Counted from the stretch's first letter, positions 52,248 to 63,679 are shown. The stretch: DNA of 64,000 bases from Hyphomicrobiales bacterium (GCA_031393975.1 JANMWK010000098.1:38935-102934); one strand, 5' to 3'. Program-made: numbers and translations. Notes: a model not told the origin generated them from the letters alone.

Positions 52248-52711
52248 CAGTTTGCCGGGACCACTTTATCAGCGGGAGTGGTGACCAAACTAATCTTGAT
52301 GAAGCCGGCCGAGTTTAGAACACCCATCACCTCCATAATGGCGCCATAAGGCACATTGGTGTCACCGCGCACCATTAACTGTTCTTCAGTGCCATTTTTA
52401 GCGAGAGCCTGAAGTTTCGCAGGCAGATCAATCAAAGAAATTTCTGCCTTATCAATAAACACCTTTCGGTCAGCCTGTACTGAAATCGTCAAAGGCTCAG
52501 ACGGTGTGGCCAACTGCTTGGCTTGAGTTTTGGGCAATTCAATCGGCACGCCGGTTGTCATCAAAGGGGCCGCCACCATAAACACAATCAACAAAACCAA
52601 CATCACGTCCACCAAAGGTGTCACGTTGATATCGCTCATCGTTCCGGTATTAGAGCGGCGACGCGAATTGCGCCTTTGATAACCACCCACTTTTGAACCA
52701 CCTGCACCCAT
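52247..52711 (-). CDS. tolR: TolR
   Basis: INVTPLVDVMLVLLIVFMV. Confidence 0.95.
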   Translation of the reverse strand: MGAGGSKVGGYQRRNSRRRSNTGTMSDINVTPLVDVMLVLLIVFMVAAPLMTTGVPIELPKTQAKQLATPSEPLTISVQADRKVFIDKAEISLIDLPAKLQALAKNGTEEQLMVRGDTNVPYGAIMEVMGVLNSAGFIKISLVTTPADKVVPAN

Positions 52712-52713
52712 AA

Positions 52714-53427
52714 TTATACGCGCTCATCCAACTGCCGCGAAATGATGGCGGAGAATTCATCAGCGAAATTCTCTAATCGCATTCCAATTTTTCCGGCATC
52801 AGCAGAATACATGTTATAAAAAATTGTCGCTGGTATGGCGGCAACAAGGCCAATGGCCGTGGCAAACAAAGCTTCGGCAATACCGGGAGCCACGACAGCC
52901 AAATTCGTATTCTGCGAATTCGCTATGCCTTGGAACGCGGTCATAATGCCCCACACAGTTCCAAACAGCCCCACAAATGGGCCGGCCGAACCTACTGTAG
53001 CCAGAAACAACAGCCGCGATTCCAGCCCCCCCATTTCTTTTTGAATTGCCACATCCATCACTTTTTCGATGCGCTTTTGAACACCTGCAAAGCCCGCCCG
53101 CAAGGCGGCACCTTGGCTGCGCTTCCATTCCTGCATGGCCGCTACAAATATAGTCGAAAGGCCCGCAGTCGGGCGAGTGCCCATGGTGTTGTATAAATCT
53201 TCCAGTGATTGCCCCGACCAGAACGTGGTTTCAAACCGATCATTGGCGGCATTCATCTGCCGGACGGCATAGAATTTTTCAAAAATAATCGCCCAGCACC
53301 ACACGGAAGCCAGCGCCAAGCCAATCATCACTATGAAAACCGGCCAACTTGCTTGAAATAAAAGATGCCACAGCGAAATCTGTGGCGCACCACTGCCCAC
53401 AACGGGTGCAATTTGAATTGGATCCAT
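52714..53427 (-). CDS. tolQ: TolQ
   Basis: GPFVGLFGTVWGIM and APGIAEALFATA. Confidence 0.96.
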   Translation of the reverse strand: MDPIQIAPVVGSGAPQISLWHLLFQASWPVFIVMIGLALASVWCWAIIFEKFYAVRQMNAANDRFETTFWSGQSLEDLYNTMGTRPTAGLSTIFVAAMQEWKRSQGAALRAGFAGVQKRIEKVMDVAIQKEMGGLESRLLFLATVGSAGPFVGLFGTVWGIMTAFQGIANSQNTNLAVVAPGIAEALFATAIGLVAAIPATIFYNMYSADAGKIGMRLENFADEFSAIISRQLDERV

Positions 53428-53575
53428 AAGTCGAATGCGTCCCTCTAGGCCAAGAGGCCAACGCCTCCTACACAGCCAAAATCTGTCAAAACTACGGCAA
53501 TTCAAGCCGCTCTCGAATCACCATTGCGCCGGAACCTTATAGCCCAGCGTTAGTGCGTTGATGAATCGGTTATGG

Positions 53576-53590
53576 TTAAGAAGGGGTTAG
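53576..53590. promoter_or_regulatory. CtrA-like box upstream of tolQ
   Basis: TTAA-N7-TTAG, one mismatch from TTAA-N7-TTAA. Confidence 0.45.
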
Positions 53591-53973
53591 CGCGAAAACT
53601 TATTGGCAAGTGCAGCGGGTATTCGTTGTGGCCGCCCACCTTTGCCAACAATCGCCACTGTTACAGAAGCAGAAAACATCACGTCTTCCCCACGTCTAAC
53701 GACTTGAGCCAAGTCAAACCGCGCACCCGACATTTCCGTGAGTCGCGTTTCCACATTCAGTTCATCATCAAATTTCGCAGGCCGAATAAATTCGCAGTTC
53801 ATCCGGCGCACCACAAAGGCAGAACCCTCAGCGAACATCGCAATCTGGTCCACACCCACATCACGCAAATAGTTTGATCTGGCCCGCTCACAATATTTCA
53901 AATAATTTGCGTGATAAACATGGCCGGAAAAATCCGTGTCTTCATAATAGACCCGCACCGGAAAATTAGACAT
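53587..53973 (-). CDS. ybgC: Tol-Pal associated acyl-CoA thioesterase
   Basis: [18 protein letters not shown]. Confidence 0.93.
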   Translation of the reverse strand: MSNFPVRVYYEDTDFSGHVYHANYLKYCERARSNYLRDVGVDQIAMFAEGSAFVVRRMNCEFIRPAKFDDELNVETRLTEMSGARFDLAQVVRRGEDVMFSASVTVAIVGKGGRPQRIPAALANKFSR

Positions 53974-54994
53974 CAAGAATCCCTTGCGTAATGTCATCGC
54001 GCTGCGGCACCGCCAAACCCAAATGTTTGAACGCATGGTGGGTCAGCAAGCGCCCACGCGGTGTGCGATTCAAAAATCCGAGCTGCAGCAAATAGGGCTC
54101 CACAACATCTTCAATCGCATCGCGCCCTTCAGAGAGTGACGCCGCAATCGTATCAATGCCTACTGGACCGCCGCTAAAATTCAATGCAATGCATTTGAGA
54201 TAGCGATGATCCAGAGCATCAAGTCCAGCATGGTCCACATCCATGGCTCGAAGCGCTTTATCAGCCGCTTTGGCATCAACAGTTGCCACACCATCCACCG
54301 AAGCAAAATCGCGCACCCGGCGCAGCAAGCGACCAGCAATGCGTGGCGTTCCTCGCGAACGCTTGGCAATTTCTCGCGCACCATCTTCAGTAATCGGCAT
54401 ATTCATAATGCGAGACCCACGATGCACAATTTGCAATAGCTCATCTTCATTGTAAAAATCCAACCGTACCGGAATGCCAAAACGATCACGCAGCGGCGTG
54501 GTGAGAAGCCCCGTGCGGGTTGTGGCACCAATCAAGGTGAAGCGCGCCAAATCAATCCGCACAGATCTGGCCGCTGGCCCTTCACCAATAATCAGATCAA
54601 GCTGAAAATCTTCCATCGCCGGATAGAGCACCTCTTCGACAATAGGTGACAGGCGGTGGATTTCATCAATGAACAACACGTCACGGTCTTCAAGATTAGT
54701 GAGAAGCGCTGCAAGATCGCCAGCCTTGGCAATCACCGGACCAGATGTCGCACGAAAATTAACGCCCATCTCACGCGCCATAATCTGCGCCAACGTGGTC
54801 TTGCCCAGTCCTGGCGGCCCGGCAAACAACACGTGATCCAGCGCCTCATGGCGAGACTTAGCGGCTTCAATAAAAATCGAAAGGTTGAGTTTGTTTTTGG
54901 TTTGCCCCACGAATTCCGAAAGCCGCTGGGGCCGCAGATGCGTGTCGAGTGCATCTTCTGGTTTGGGGGCGGGGGTGAGAATGGGGCGGGTCAT
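53966..54994 (-). CDS. ruvB: Holliday junction helicase RuvB
   Basis: [15 protein letters not shown] and RGTPR. Confidence 0.98.
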   Translation of the reverse strand: MTRPILTPAPKPEDALDTHLRPQRLSEFVGQTKNKLNLSIFIEAAKSRHEALDHVLFAGPPGLGKTTLAQIMAREMGVNFRATSGPVIAKAGDLAALLTNLEDRDVLFIDEIHRLSPIVEEVLYPAMEDFQLDLIIGEGPAARSVRIDLARFTLIGATTRTGLLTTPLRDRFGIPVRLDFYNEDELLQIVHRGSRIMNMPITEDGAREIAKRSRGTPRIAGRLLRRVRDFASVDGVATVDAKAADKALRAMDVDHAGLDALDHRYLKCIALNFSGGPVGIDTIAASLSEGRDAIEDVVEPYLLQLGFLNRTPRGRLLTHHAFKHLGLAVPQRDDITQGILDV

Positions 54995-55608
54995 CCCAGC
55001 GCCAATTCCTTCAGCGCGGCTCTGATCAACTTCTCCGTCGGCAAAGCATCGCTGCTCTTCCTGATCGCCGCACTCACCGCCTGCGCCGCTTGAGATGGCC
55101 CATAACCCAAATTCACCAACGCCGACACAGCATCAGTTGCCGCCGTTGGTCGCGCGGCCGAAAGCTCCGCAGCCACTTGGCCCAAGCCCACATCAGCGCC
55201 TGAAAAGTCTGGCACCTTGTCCTTCAATTCCAATACAATACGCTCGGCCAGTTTTTTGCCCACCCCGTTGGCCCGCCCGATCATGGCCTTATCTTGTAGT
55301 GCAATTGCGGAAGCCAGTTCATGCGGCGACAACACAGACAAAATCGCCAACGCCACTCGCGCGCCCACACCCTGGACCGTTTGCAAAAGCTTGAACCATT
55401 CTTTTTCGAGTGTACCCGAAAAACCGACGAGCCGAATGTTATCCAACGAAACCAACATCTCTGTATAAATTTCCGCAAATTCCCCAATCGGCGGCAGCGC
55501 CGATAATGTGCGGCCTGAGCAAGATGCAAAATAAACCACGCCGCCCACATCCACCATCAGCCAATCTGCGCCAACAGAATCAATCCGCCCTTTGAGTTTT
55601 CCAATCAT
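54991..55608 (-). CDS. ruvA: Holliday junction branch migration protein RuvA
   Basis: MIGKLKG start, HhH motifs and ALVNLGY. Confidence 0.96.
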   Translation of the reverse strand: MIGKLKGRIDSVGADWLMVDVGGVVYFASCSGRTLSALPPIGEFAEIYTEMLVSLDNIRLVGFSGTLEKEWFKLLQTVQGVGARVALAILSVLSPHELASAIALQDKAMIGRANGVGKKLAERIVLELKDKVPDFSGADVGLGQVAAELSAARPTAATDAVSALVNLGYGPSQAAQAVSAAIRKSSDALPTEKLIRAALKELALG

Positions 55609-55652
55609 GGCCTGTCCTTAACAGTTACTGGTAAACAGAGCGTTAGAACAAG

Positions 55653-56162
55653 TCAAGAACGATCCAATATCTCTTGCAGTTTCCGGCTGCCGCGATATTG
55701 CGCATGACAGATGGCGATAGCCAGCGCATCAACTGAATCTGCCGTTTTCAATTCAGCGCGGGGCAGTAAAATTTTGACCATGTGCTTCACTTGGTCCTTC
55801 TCGGCATGGCCATTGCCCACCACAGTTTTCTTGATCACGTTGGGTGCATATTCCGAAACGCCAATTTTCCGCAGCACAGGAGCCAACATCACCACACCGC
55901 GCGCCTGCCCCAATTTTAATGTGGCTCGCGCATCCTTGTTCACAAAGGTTTCTTCAATCGCCGCTTCATGGGGTTTAAACTCGTCCAGCACAGCCAAAAT
56001 CTGCTGATGAATTTGCAGCAGCCGCACCGCCAGATCATCTTCATTCACCGAATGCACGGCCCCATCAGCGACATAGGAAAGCCTTGAACCTTCCGCCTCA
56101 ATAATGCCCCAGCCGGTGTGTCGAAGCCCAGGGTCAATACCAATAATGCGGACAATGCTCAT
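55653..56162 (-). CDS. ruvC: Crossover junction endodeoxyribonuclease RuvC
   Basis: GIDPG, IEETF and DALAIA. Confidence 0.97.
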   Translation of the reverse strand: MSIVRIIGIDPGLRHTGWGIIEAEGSRLSYVADGAVHSVNEDDLAVRLLQIHQQILAVLDEFKPHEAAIEETFVNKDARATLKLGQARGVVMLAPVLRKIGVSEYAPNVIKKTVVGNGHAEKDQVKHMVKILLPRAELKTADSVDALAIAICHAQYRGSRKLQEILDRS

Positions 56163-56911
56163 TCTTCCGGATAGAGCTTAGCCATCACATCATCAGGAAT
56201 ATCCACATTGCTGAACACCACCTGCACGTCATCATCCTCATCCAACAATTCCACAAGCTTGATCAGCGTTTCAGCTTTTTCAAAATCAACTGGTGCCATC
56301 ACGTTGGGCTTCCAGATCATTTTCACACTTTGCGCTTCACCGAACTTTGCAGCCAATGCAGCGGCAACATCATTCAGATTTTCAAAGGCACAGATGATTG
56401 CGTGTAGCGTCTCGTCGGAGGTGGCATCATCGGCACCCGCTTCAATCGCGGCATCCATCATGGCGTCCGCTGAAGCCTTGGCAAGAGGATAAGTCACTTC
56501 ACCGACATGGCTGAACATGAATGACACTGAGTTGGTTTCGCCCAAATGCCCGCCCATTTTGGTGAAGGATGAACGCACATTGGAAGCGGTGCGATTGCGA
56601 TTATCAGTGAGCGCTTCAACAATGATTGCCACACCACCAGGGCCATAGCCTTCATAGCGCACATTATCAAAGTTGCTTTCATCCGCACCTGCGGCTTTTT
56701 TGATCGCCCGTTCTATATTATCTTTTGGCAGGTTTTCCGCTCGGGCATTTTGAATGGCCAAGCGCAACCTCGCATTGGCCGCAGGATCAGGCACGCCAGC
56801 TTTGGCAGCCACGGTAATTTCGCGCGCTAACTTGGAAAAGATTTTTGACCGAAGTTTGTCCTGCTTGCCTTTGCGGAACATGATGTTTTTATATTGTGAA
56901 TGGCCAGCCAT
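56159..56911 (-). CDS. yebC: YebC/PmpR family protein
   Basis: [13 protein letters not shown] and TDNRNRT. Confidence 0.96.
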   Translation of the reverse strand: MAGHSQYKNIMFRKGKQDKLRSKIFSKLAREITVAAKAGVPDPAANARLRLAIQNARAENLPKDNIERAIKKAAGADESNFDNVRYEGYGPGGVAIIVEALTDNRNRTASNVRSSFTKMGGHLGETNSVSFMFSHVGEVTYPLAKASADAMMDAAIEAGADDATSDETLHAIICAFENLNDVAAALAAKFGEAQSVKMIWKPNVMAPVDFEKAETLIKLVELLDEDDDVQVVFSNVDIPDDVMAKLYPEE

Positions 56912-56989
56912 GGAAACTCCAAAGTCATATTAGCGTCATTGATGGCTTGCATATAGCCAAGTTGATAAGCCCCGCACAAGCGCCGACCT

Positions 56990-57005
56990 TTAACCTCGTT
57001 TTAAC
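56990..57005 (+). promoter_or_regulatory. Consensus CtrA binding box
   Basis: TTAA-CCTCGTT-TTAAC, about 50 nt upstream of the ORF at 57056. Confidence 0.6.
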
Positions 57006-57055
57006 GTTAACCCACCAAAACTAACAGCATCAAGGTTTGTGTGTGGAGTAAAACT

Positions 57056-57328
57056 ATGAGTATCAAGATGGCAGCAGTAGAATCATTCTCGTTTGACGGT
57101 GAGAGCTTCGGTGCAAGCGGCGCCAATGCTTTACGAAAGGTTAAATCCTTGGCAGACTCCGCACCCACTGGCCGACTATTCGCATCAATCGCAACTCTCA
57201 CAGAAATGAGCAGTGCCGTATCTGCCGCAATTGAAACGGATCAACTCCAAAAAGCCACCACCCTCGCTCAAAAGCTGGCTTTGGCTGGCGAGGCTAAACT
57301 TCCAAGTTTCTTCCGTAGGAAAGCTTAA
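57056..57328 (+). CDS. Small hypothetical protein
   Basis: GGAG RBS before ATG 57056; 90 aa; fills the gap between yebC and the Sel1 gene. Confidence 0.55.
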   Translation: MSIKMAAVESFSFDGESFGASGANALRKVKSLADSAPTGRLFASIATLTEMSSAVSAAIETDQLQKATTLAQKLALAGEAKLPSFFRRKA

Positions 57329-58227
57329 GGCGAACTCATCGGCCTAAACGCTGCAGCGCGATCTTGGGCTTGCTTCAAATCTTCTGGCTTCATCTTGGCC
57401 ATAACATCATCCAAAGCAGCATCGGCGCGGCCACCGGCTTTCGCCAAGATGTTCCACTTCGCACCTTCAATGCTATCGGCTTCTACGCCGAGGCCTGTTG
57501 CATACAGTTTTGAAACACGATTCATCGCAACGGCATTGCCATGATTAGCGGCGACTAACAGCCATTTGGCGCCCAACTTTTCGTCTTTTTGAACACCTTC
57601 ACCACGAAACACCAACACGCCATATTCAAGCGCTGCATCTGGCATTCCTTGCACGGCTGCTTTCGAGAACCACGTCGCAGCGTCCACGGCATTCTTTTCC
57701 ACGCCACGCCCATCCATATAGAGAAGCGCCAAATTATATTGTGCATCTCCAGAACCCTGAGCAGCGGCTTTCTTGAACCATTCAGCAGCCGACGGCCAAG
57801 CAGGCGGGTTATTATAAATGCCGCTGTAAAACAGGCCCAAATTATATTGCGCCTGAGCATTACCGGCAGTGGCGGCGCGTTCCAACATCGGCGCACCTTC
57901 ACCAAGATTAACTGAACCTAATGAGCCATCAAGCAGCAACATGCCGAGTGCAAATTGCGCATCCACATTGCCCTTGTCTGCAGCTTTACTAAACCAAAAT
58001 TGCGCCTGCTTTGGATCAGCATCAACACCCAAACCCCTCTGAAACATACTGCCCAGCATGATCATGGCGCGTTGATCGTCTTTGCTCGCAAAATCTTGTG
58101 CAATAGGCAAGGCTTCAACATAATTGCCATCATCAAAAAGCGCCATGGCTTCATCAAATGTTGCATCGGCCCAGGCAGGAGCCACGAGAGAGCCGAGCAA
58201 AATTGCAATGGCGAAAAATTTCTTCAT
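57325..58227 (-). CDS. Sel1-like repeat (TPR) exported protein
   Basis: Signal peptide and repeated AQYNL...G.GV..A..WF.KAA.QG units. Confidence 0.92.
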   Translation of the reverse strand: MKKFFAIAILLGSLVAPAWADATFDEAMALFDDGNYVEALPIAQDFASKDDQRAMIMLGSMFQRGLGVDADPKQAQFWFSKAADKGNVDAQFALGMLLLDGSLGSVNLGEGAPMLERAATAGNAQAQYNLGLFYSGIYNNPPAWPSAAEWFKKAAAQGSGDAQYNLALLYMDGRGVEKNAVDAATWFSKAAVQGMPDAALEYGVLVFRGEGVQKDEKLGAKWLLVAANHGNAVAMNRVSKLYATGLGVEADSIEGAKWNILAKAGGRADAALDDVMAKMKPEDLKQAQDRAAAFRPMSSP

Positions 58228-58790
58228 ATGAACTTGGCCGAAAGTTCCTTGATCACGCGTGTAGCCTCTGCGGGGCTTGCCCACATCGCATCTGTTGGTC
58301 GGATAAAGTCAGGCTTCTGCGGCAATAATACGGCAAGCTCATCAGCACTTACCGCATCAAACGGCACACAAGGGACTTCAGCAATGTCATTCCACCATTT
58401 TATCAATGGCTCTCCACCAGTCTGCTTTTTTTGCGTGAAGGCAATATAATCAGCCCCCTGCTCTGAGGCTTCCATGGCAGAATGGCGAGAAACCCCGCAG
58501 CCAACCCCAACCATAGCATCGCGCGGCAATGACATGCGCAAATCCACAATCGCATGTTCCATCGAATTGATATGTAAACCATCGGCGCGAAGGCGGCTGA
58601 CAATGCGCGTCTCCACATCTTGCAAAAACACCGCAAGGCCGAGCGCCTGAAGCGCCGTCACATCTTCGGTCTTAACAGTTTCAGGCACGATAATGCTGGA
58701 GCATTCTCCGGCAGCACATGCAGCAGTGGCACAGGCAACGATATCAGATGCGGCAAGTTCATTTGGGGCAACGAGATAAAACTGCGTCAT
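58224..58790 (-). CDS. Thiamine-phosphate-synthase-like (ThiE-fold) protein
   Basis: ADGLHI, SRHSAMEASEQGADYIAF and WW....EVPCV; usual position downstream of pgk/fba. Confidence 0.8.
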   Translation of the reverse strand: MTQFYLVAPNELAASDIVACATAACAAGECSSIIVPETVKTEDVTALQALGLAVFLQDVETRIVSRLRADGLHINSMEHAIVDLRMSLPRDAMVGVGCGVSRHSAMEASEQGADYIAFTQKKQTGGEPLIKWWNDIAEVPCVPFDAVSADELAVLLPQKPDFIRPTDAMWASPAEATRVIKELSAKFI

Positions 58791-58792
58791 GG

Positions 58793-59980
58793 TCACTTCA
58801 CAGTCAACGCGGCAACACCCGGAAGTTCCTTGCCTTCCAGCCATTCAAGAAACGCTCCCCCAGCCGTAGAGATGTATGTAAAATCAACAGCAACACCTGC
58901 ATGATTGAGGGCCGACACTGTGTCGCCACCGCCAGCCACTGTCACCAGCTTGCCCGCCTTGGTGAGAGCCGCTGCATGTTGGGCCGTGGCCACTGTAGCT
59001 TTATCAAAAGGCTGAATTTCAAACGCGCCAAAAGGTCCGTTCCAGACCACAGTTTTTGCGGCATCAAAAGCTTTGTTCACAGCAGCTATGGAAGCGGGGC
59101 CAACATCAAGCATCATCTCATCGACAGCGATATCGTTGACAGACACAACGCGGTTTGCAGCCCCTGCTTTAAATTCTTTTGATACCACAACGTCAGTTGG
59201 CAACAGCAAAGTGCAGTTACTGGCTTTGGCGCGAGCCATAATTTCGATTGCAGTGGGAATCAAATCTTTTTCGCAAAGTGATTTTCCCACATCAACACCT
59301 TGTGCCGCCAGGAATGTATTGGCCATGCCACCACCAATCACAATAGTGTTGGCAATGCCCGTAAGATTGCCAAGCAAATCCAACTTGGTCGAAACTTTCG
59401 CTCCACCAACCACAGCAACCAGCGGACGCTCTGGCTTTTCAAGCGCTGCTTGCAAGGCTTTGAGTTCTGCTTCCATAGCGCGGCCCGCATAAGCCGGAAT
59501 TAAATGCGCAATGCCCTCAGTCGATGAATGCGCACGGTGCGCTGCCGAGAAGGCATCGTTCACAAATATATCACCAAGCCCCGCCAGCATTTTGGCAAAG
59601 CCCGCATCATTTTTTTCTTCACCGGCATGATAGCGGGTGTTTTCCATCAGAATCACATCGCCAGCCTTGGCATCCACATGGGGCGCGGTCTGCCAATCAG
59701 TGAACACAAATTTCACAGGCTGACCCAGGGCTTTTTCCAAAGCCGATGCCACTGGCTTTAAAGACATCTCCGGCACAACCTTGCCCTTGGGCCTGTCAAA
59801 ATGCGCAAGGATGATGACGGCGGCACCCTTCTTAAAAAGTTCATTGAGTGTAGGCACCACGCGGTCGATGCGGGTTGTATCGGTCACAACACCATCCGCA
59901 ATCGGCACATTGAGATCAAGGCGGATCACTACACGTTTGCTAGAAACATTGACGTCATCGAGGGTTCTGAAAGCTAGCAT
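58793..59980 (-). CDS. pgk: Phosphoglycerate kinase
   Basis: DLNVP, GGAKV, WNGPFG and STAGGAFLE. Confidence 0.98.
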   Translation of the reverse strand: MLAFRTLDDVNVSSKRVVIRLDLNVPIADGVVTDTTRIDRVVPTLNELFKKGAAVIILAHFDRPKGKVVPEMSLKPVASALEKALGQPVKFVFTDWQTAPHVDAKAGDVILMENTRYHAGEEKNDAGFAKMLAGLGDIFVNDAFSAAHRAHSSTEGIAHLIPAYAGRAMEAELKALQAALEKPERPLVAVVGGAKVSTKLDLLGNLTGIANTIVIGGGMANTFLAAQGVDVGKSLCEKDLIPTAIEIMARAKASNCTLLLPTDVVVSKEFKAGAANRVVSVNDIAVDEMMLDVGPASIAAVNKAFDAAKTVVWNGPFGAFEIQPFDKATVATAQHAAALTKAGKLVTVAGGGDTVSALNHAGVAVDFTYISTAGGAFLEWLEGKELPGVAALTVK

Positions 59981-60099
59981 GAAAAGCTCCTGATTTGAAT
60001 TTGCCGGGTGCGTACATCAAGCCGACCATTTGGGCAAGTACAGTGAGCTTAGATTGAGTGGGAAAGACCCAGATTACGCTAACTGTGATTTCTGGAAGT

Positions 60100-60590
60100 C
60101 ATACCACAAGATAAATTTATCGCTTATAATTTTTTGCATCTGCCCTCATTTTGATTGCAGCATCATATGAGCGATGCCGTTCAAGATGAAACGCTTCCCG
60201 TTCATAGCGGTTTTTAGTAATTCCCGCCAAGGGTCTAAATCGTGATCTCTCTTAGCCGGCCCTCGTCCTTTGCCTGCTGCATAGTCGTCAAAGTGTTCGA
60301 TCATGTTTCGCAGCGCTTTAAGTCCATTTTGACCATTGTTAAGAAACAAATTATCAAATGAATCGATTACGGCCGTTGCATCGACTTTCACTATATCAAG
60401 TTTGGTCAACGTATTTACAGTTGTCCGATAAAGCCAAAGCCGTATTATGAAATTTTCCCAAAGATAATCTGAATTAAATGTAACGTCATTTTCATCTTGA
60501 TCGTTAAATAACTTAAGCTCTCGCCAAGAAACAACTAGCATGTTCTAAGTGTGCATTTGTCTAGGCTTGTAATAATCTCAAATTATAGAT
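60100..60590 (-). pseudogene. AT-rich hypothetical gene remnant with HEPN-like RxxxxH motif
   Basis: Core ORF 60146..60541 contains ALRNMIEHFDDY; appears broken at both ends; boundaries approximate. Confidence 0.45.
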
Positions 60591-60606
60591 TGTTCCTCGG
60601 CAGTCT

Positions 60607-60993
60607 TCACCACCGCTCCGCAGCCTGAACCAAAAATTTGGAACGTGACATGCCTTTTGCAGCAGCCTTGCGGTCAATCTGGGCCAGCGATTTTTCCGGC
60701 ACTGTGATGTTCACACGCACAGAGGCTCCGTCCGATTCAGAGGCTTTCACCACCATCACGGCTACAGCATCCGCGTAACCTTCAGCCTTCAAAATATCAT
60801 CGAGCGCACTGGGTTCAGGCACAGCTTCGCAATCTTCAATCATGCCTTCAATATGGAAGCCGAGAGCTTCCTCAATCATGGGACGCAAATCTTCCAGTGT
60901 TTCTGCAACGGAAATGCAGCCGGGTAAATCCGGAAAGCTTGCGCCAAAACCCGATCCAGAATCTTTGTGAATCAGTGCAATGTATTCAGACAT
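60607..60993 (-). CDS. hicB: Type II toxin-antitoxin HicB antitoxin
   Basis: YIALIHKD..FPDLPGC and C-terminal RHH (RVNIT...SRSKFL). Confidence 0.93.
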   Translation of the reverse strand: MSEYIALIHKDSGSGFGASFPDLPGCISVAETLEDLRPMIEEALGFHIEGMIEDCEAVPEPSALDDILKAEGYADAVAVMVVKASESDGASVRVNITVPEKSLAQIDRKAAAKGMSRSKFLVQAAERW

Positions 60994-60995
60994 GG

Positions 60996-61184
60996 CTACC
61001 TCAACTTCATCTGTGACTGTTTCTCAATGGACCGCAGCGTACCAATTGGCACCTCCTGCTTTGGATGAGGCACAGTCACCCGCCCCGGCAAATCAGAATG
61101 TTTGAGCTGCATATGGCTTCCCTTTTGTGCAACCTGCACCCAACCAGCTGCATTTAAAAGCCGTAAAACTTCACGACTATTCAT
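60996..61184 (-). CDS. hicA: Type II toxin-antitoxin HicA toxin
   Basis: GW...QKGSH..VTVPHP..GTLRSI; 62 aa. Confidence 0.93.
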   Translation of the reverse strand: MNSREVLRLLNAAGWVQVAQKGSHMQLKHSDLPGRVTVPHPKQEVPIGTLRSIEKQSQMKLR

Positions 61185-61227
61185 AGTGTGTATTTATACA
61201 CACTGCGAGGAAATGTCAAGATGCGTT

Positions 61228-63204
61228 CTACTTCATCGCAGCTTTTACCACCGCCGTCGCAGTAATGCCAAACTTCTCATACAGCACTTCAGCGGGCGCA
61301 CTTGCCCCAAAACCTGTCATCCCGATAAAGTGGCCATCAACACCGATAAATTTATCCCAGCCCGTGCGAACGCCTGCTTCCACAGCGATGCGGATTTTTT
61401 CGGTGCCCATTACTGCTGCTTTATAAACCTTGCTCTGGCGTTCAAATAACTCCATCGAAGGAACGGATACCACGCGTGTAAGAATCCCTTTCTTGTCGAG
61501 CGTGGCTTTGGCGGCAATTGCAATTTCAACTTCAGAGCCTGAGGCAAAAATCACGGCCTTGGCTTTCTTGGGCGAAGATGCAATTTCATAGGCACCCTGC
61601 GCACAAAGATTCTTTGCAGAATATGTGAGGCGGCTGGCCTTGGTTTTCTGGCGGGTGAGCACCAGGATGCTCGGCGTCTTCACTGATTCCAAAGCGATCT
61701 GCCAGCATTCTGCGGTTTCAACGGCATCACACGGGCGCAAAACCAAAAGGTTGGGCATAACCCGCAGCGAAGCCAGATGTTCAATGGGTTGATGCGTGGG
61801 ACCATCAGCACCCAAGCCAATTGAATCATGCGTCATTACAAAAATCGAACGAATGCCCATCAGTGCTGCCAGACGGATGGAGGGGCGGCAATAATCGGTG
61901 AAGCAGAAGAACGTGCCACCATAAGGGATAACACCCCCATGCAGCGCCATGCCGTTGATGGCCGCTGCCATACCATGTTCACGAATGCCAAAATGAATAT
62001 AGCGCTCGCCATAATTGGCTGCATCGAAAATCTTCATGTCTTTTGAATTGGTATTGTTGGAACCAGTCAAATCCGCCGAGCCGCCAATGGTCTCAATCAC
62101 CAAGGGGTTGATGATGTTCAAAGCATCTTGCGAGGAATTGCGGGTGGCCACTTCTGGCGGCTTAGCAGCAAGGGCTTTCTTGTAAGCAGCAATCGTAGCA
62201 TCAAAATTCTTTGGTAATTCGCCAGCCATCACGCGCTTGAATTCGGTCTTCATCGGCGAGGCCGCAAGACGCGCCTCCCAAGCTTCACGCGCGGCCTTGC
62301 CACGCCCACCTGCATCACGCCATTTCGCCAGAATCTCAGTTGGCACAACAAAAGGTGGATACTCCCAGTCCAACACTTTGCGAGCCACAGCAATCTCTTC
62401 AGCTCCCAACGGTGAACCGTGAACACCCTTAGTGCCTTGCTTGTTGGTGGCACCAAAGCCAATAATGGTGCGGCAGGCAATCATGCTCGGGCGATCCGCA
62501 TGTTGGGCGGTATTCAAAGCTTGGTAAACCGCATTTTGGTCCATGCCATCCACACGCACTACATTCCAGCCTGAAGCGGCAAAGCGCTGAAGCTGGTCAG
62601 TAGAGTCAGCGAGGCCCACCTTGCCGTCAATGGTGATGCCATTGTCATCCCACATCACGATCAGATTTTTCAAACGCAAATGCGCAGCCAGCGACAAGGC
62701 TTCTTGTGAGATACCTTCCATCAAACAGCCATCGCCACACAGCACATAAGTTTTATGGTTGACCAGATCATCGCCAAAACGCGCGTTTAAATGGCGCTCG
62801 GCAATGGCAAAGCCCACAGCATTGGCAATGCCCTGGCCCAGTGGCCCAGTCGTGGTTTCAATTCCAGTGGCGTGGCCATATTCGGGGTGGCCAGCAGTAA
62901 TTGAACCCCATTCACGGAAATTCTTAATCTGCTCAATGGTCATGTCTTTATAACCCGTCAGATGCAGCAACGAATAAAGGAGCATGGAGCCATGGCCCGC
63001 AGAAAGAATGAACCGATCACGATCGGGCCAATGCGGGGCGGCCGAATCAAACTTCAATATTTGGGTAAACAGGGCGGTTGCCACATCCGCTGCCCCCATG
63101 GGCAGGCCTGGATGGCCATTATTGGCTTTTTGCACAGCATCCATGGAAAGGGCGCGAATGGCATTGGCCATTATGCGAGGAGAAACGGCGGCGGCATCGG
63201 TCAT
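61228..63204 (-). CDS. tkt: Transketolase
   Basis: GHPGLPMG, GDGCLMEG, GIREHGM and THDSIG; ATG at 63204. Confidence 0.98.
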   Translation of the reverse strand: MTDAAAVSPRIMANAIRALSMDAVQKANNGHPGLPMGAADVATALFTQILKFDSAAPHWPDRDRFILSAGHGSMLLYSLLHLTGYKDMTIEQIKNFREWGSITAGHPEYGHATGIETTTGPLGQGIANAVGFAIAERHLNARFGDDLVNHKTYVLCGDGCLMEGISQEALSLAAHLRLKNLIVMWDDNGITIDGKVGLADSTDQLQRFAASGWNVVRVDGMDQNAVYQALNTAQHADRPSMIACRTIIGFGATNKQGTKGVHGSPLGAEEIAVARKVLDWEYPPFVVPTEILAKWRDAGGRGKAAREAWEARLAASPMKTEFKRVMAGELPKNFDATIAAYKKALAAKPPEVATRNSSQDALNIINPLVIETIGGSADLTGSNNTNSKDMKIFDAANYGERYIHFGIREHGMAAAINGMALHGGVIPYGGTFFCFTDYCRPSIRLAALMGIRSIFVMTHDSIGLGADGPTHQPIEHLASLRVMPNLLVLRPCDAVETAECWQIALESVKTPSILVLTRQKTKASRLTYSAKNLCAQGAYEIASSPKKAKAVIFASGSEVEIAIAAKATLDKKGILTRVVSVPSMELFERQSKVYKAAVMGTEKIRIAVEAGVRTGWDKFIGVDGHFIGMTGFGASAPAEVLYEKFGITATAVVKAAMK

Positions 63205-63391
63205 ATTAAATCCTTTGGCTGCAAGATTTTGGAACTCTGGCTTCTGATAACACCACACACGGCCCTGTCAATCCGGCCCTTTTTATGAAACTTATACAAT
63301 TTTGCGCAACCAAAGAATCAGTTATGCCGTGCAACGAGTTGTGCTAGAAGGATATTTGACAGAGGCACGGCACTAATGTCATGGGGCGAAG

Positions 63392-63676
63392 ATGGCAGAA
63401 GCAAACAAGTTAGATGCGGCATTTGCAAAGTTCGAACTGGCCTTGGGCAAGTTCGAAAAAGCAATGACCAATAATATCGATGAAACCCGTCGTTTAAAGG
63501 CTGTGGCTGATGATGCTGCCGTCATGAAGCGCGATCAGTTGCGTTTGAATAGAGAGCTCGACCAAGTGCGTGTCAAAGCCGCTGAACTGGTGGATACCAG
63601 CAAGCAAGCCGCTGGCAAAATTGACACAGCCGTGGGTCGCATCCGCTCCGTTCTCCACTCAAACAGCGGAGCATAG
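63392..63676 (+). CDS. DUF4164-like coiled-coil protein upstream of zapA
   Basis: 94-aa coiled coil at the conserved position between tkt and zapA. Confidence 0.75.
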   Translation: MAEANKLDAAFAKFELALGKFEKAMTNNIDETRRLKAVADDAAVMKRDQLRLNRELDQVRVKAAELVDTSKQAAGKIDTAVGRIRSVLHSNSGA

Positions 63677-63679
63677 AGC

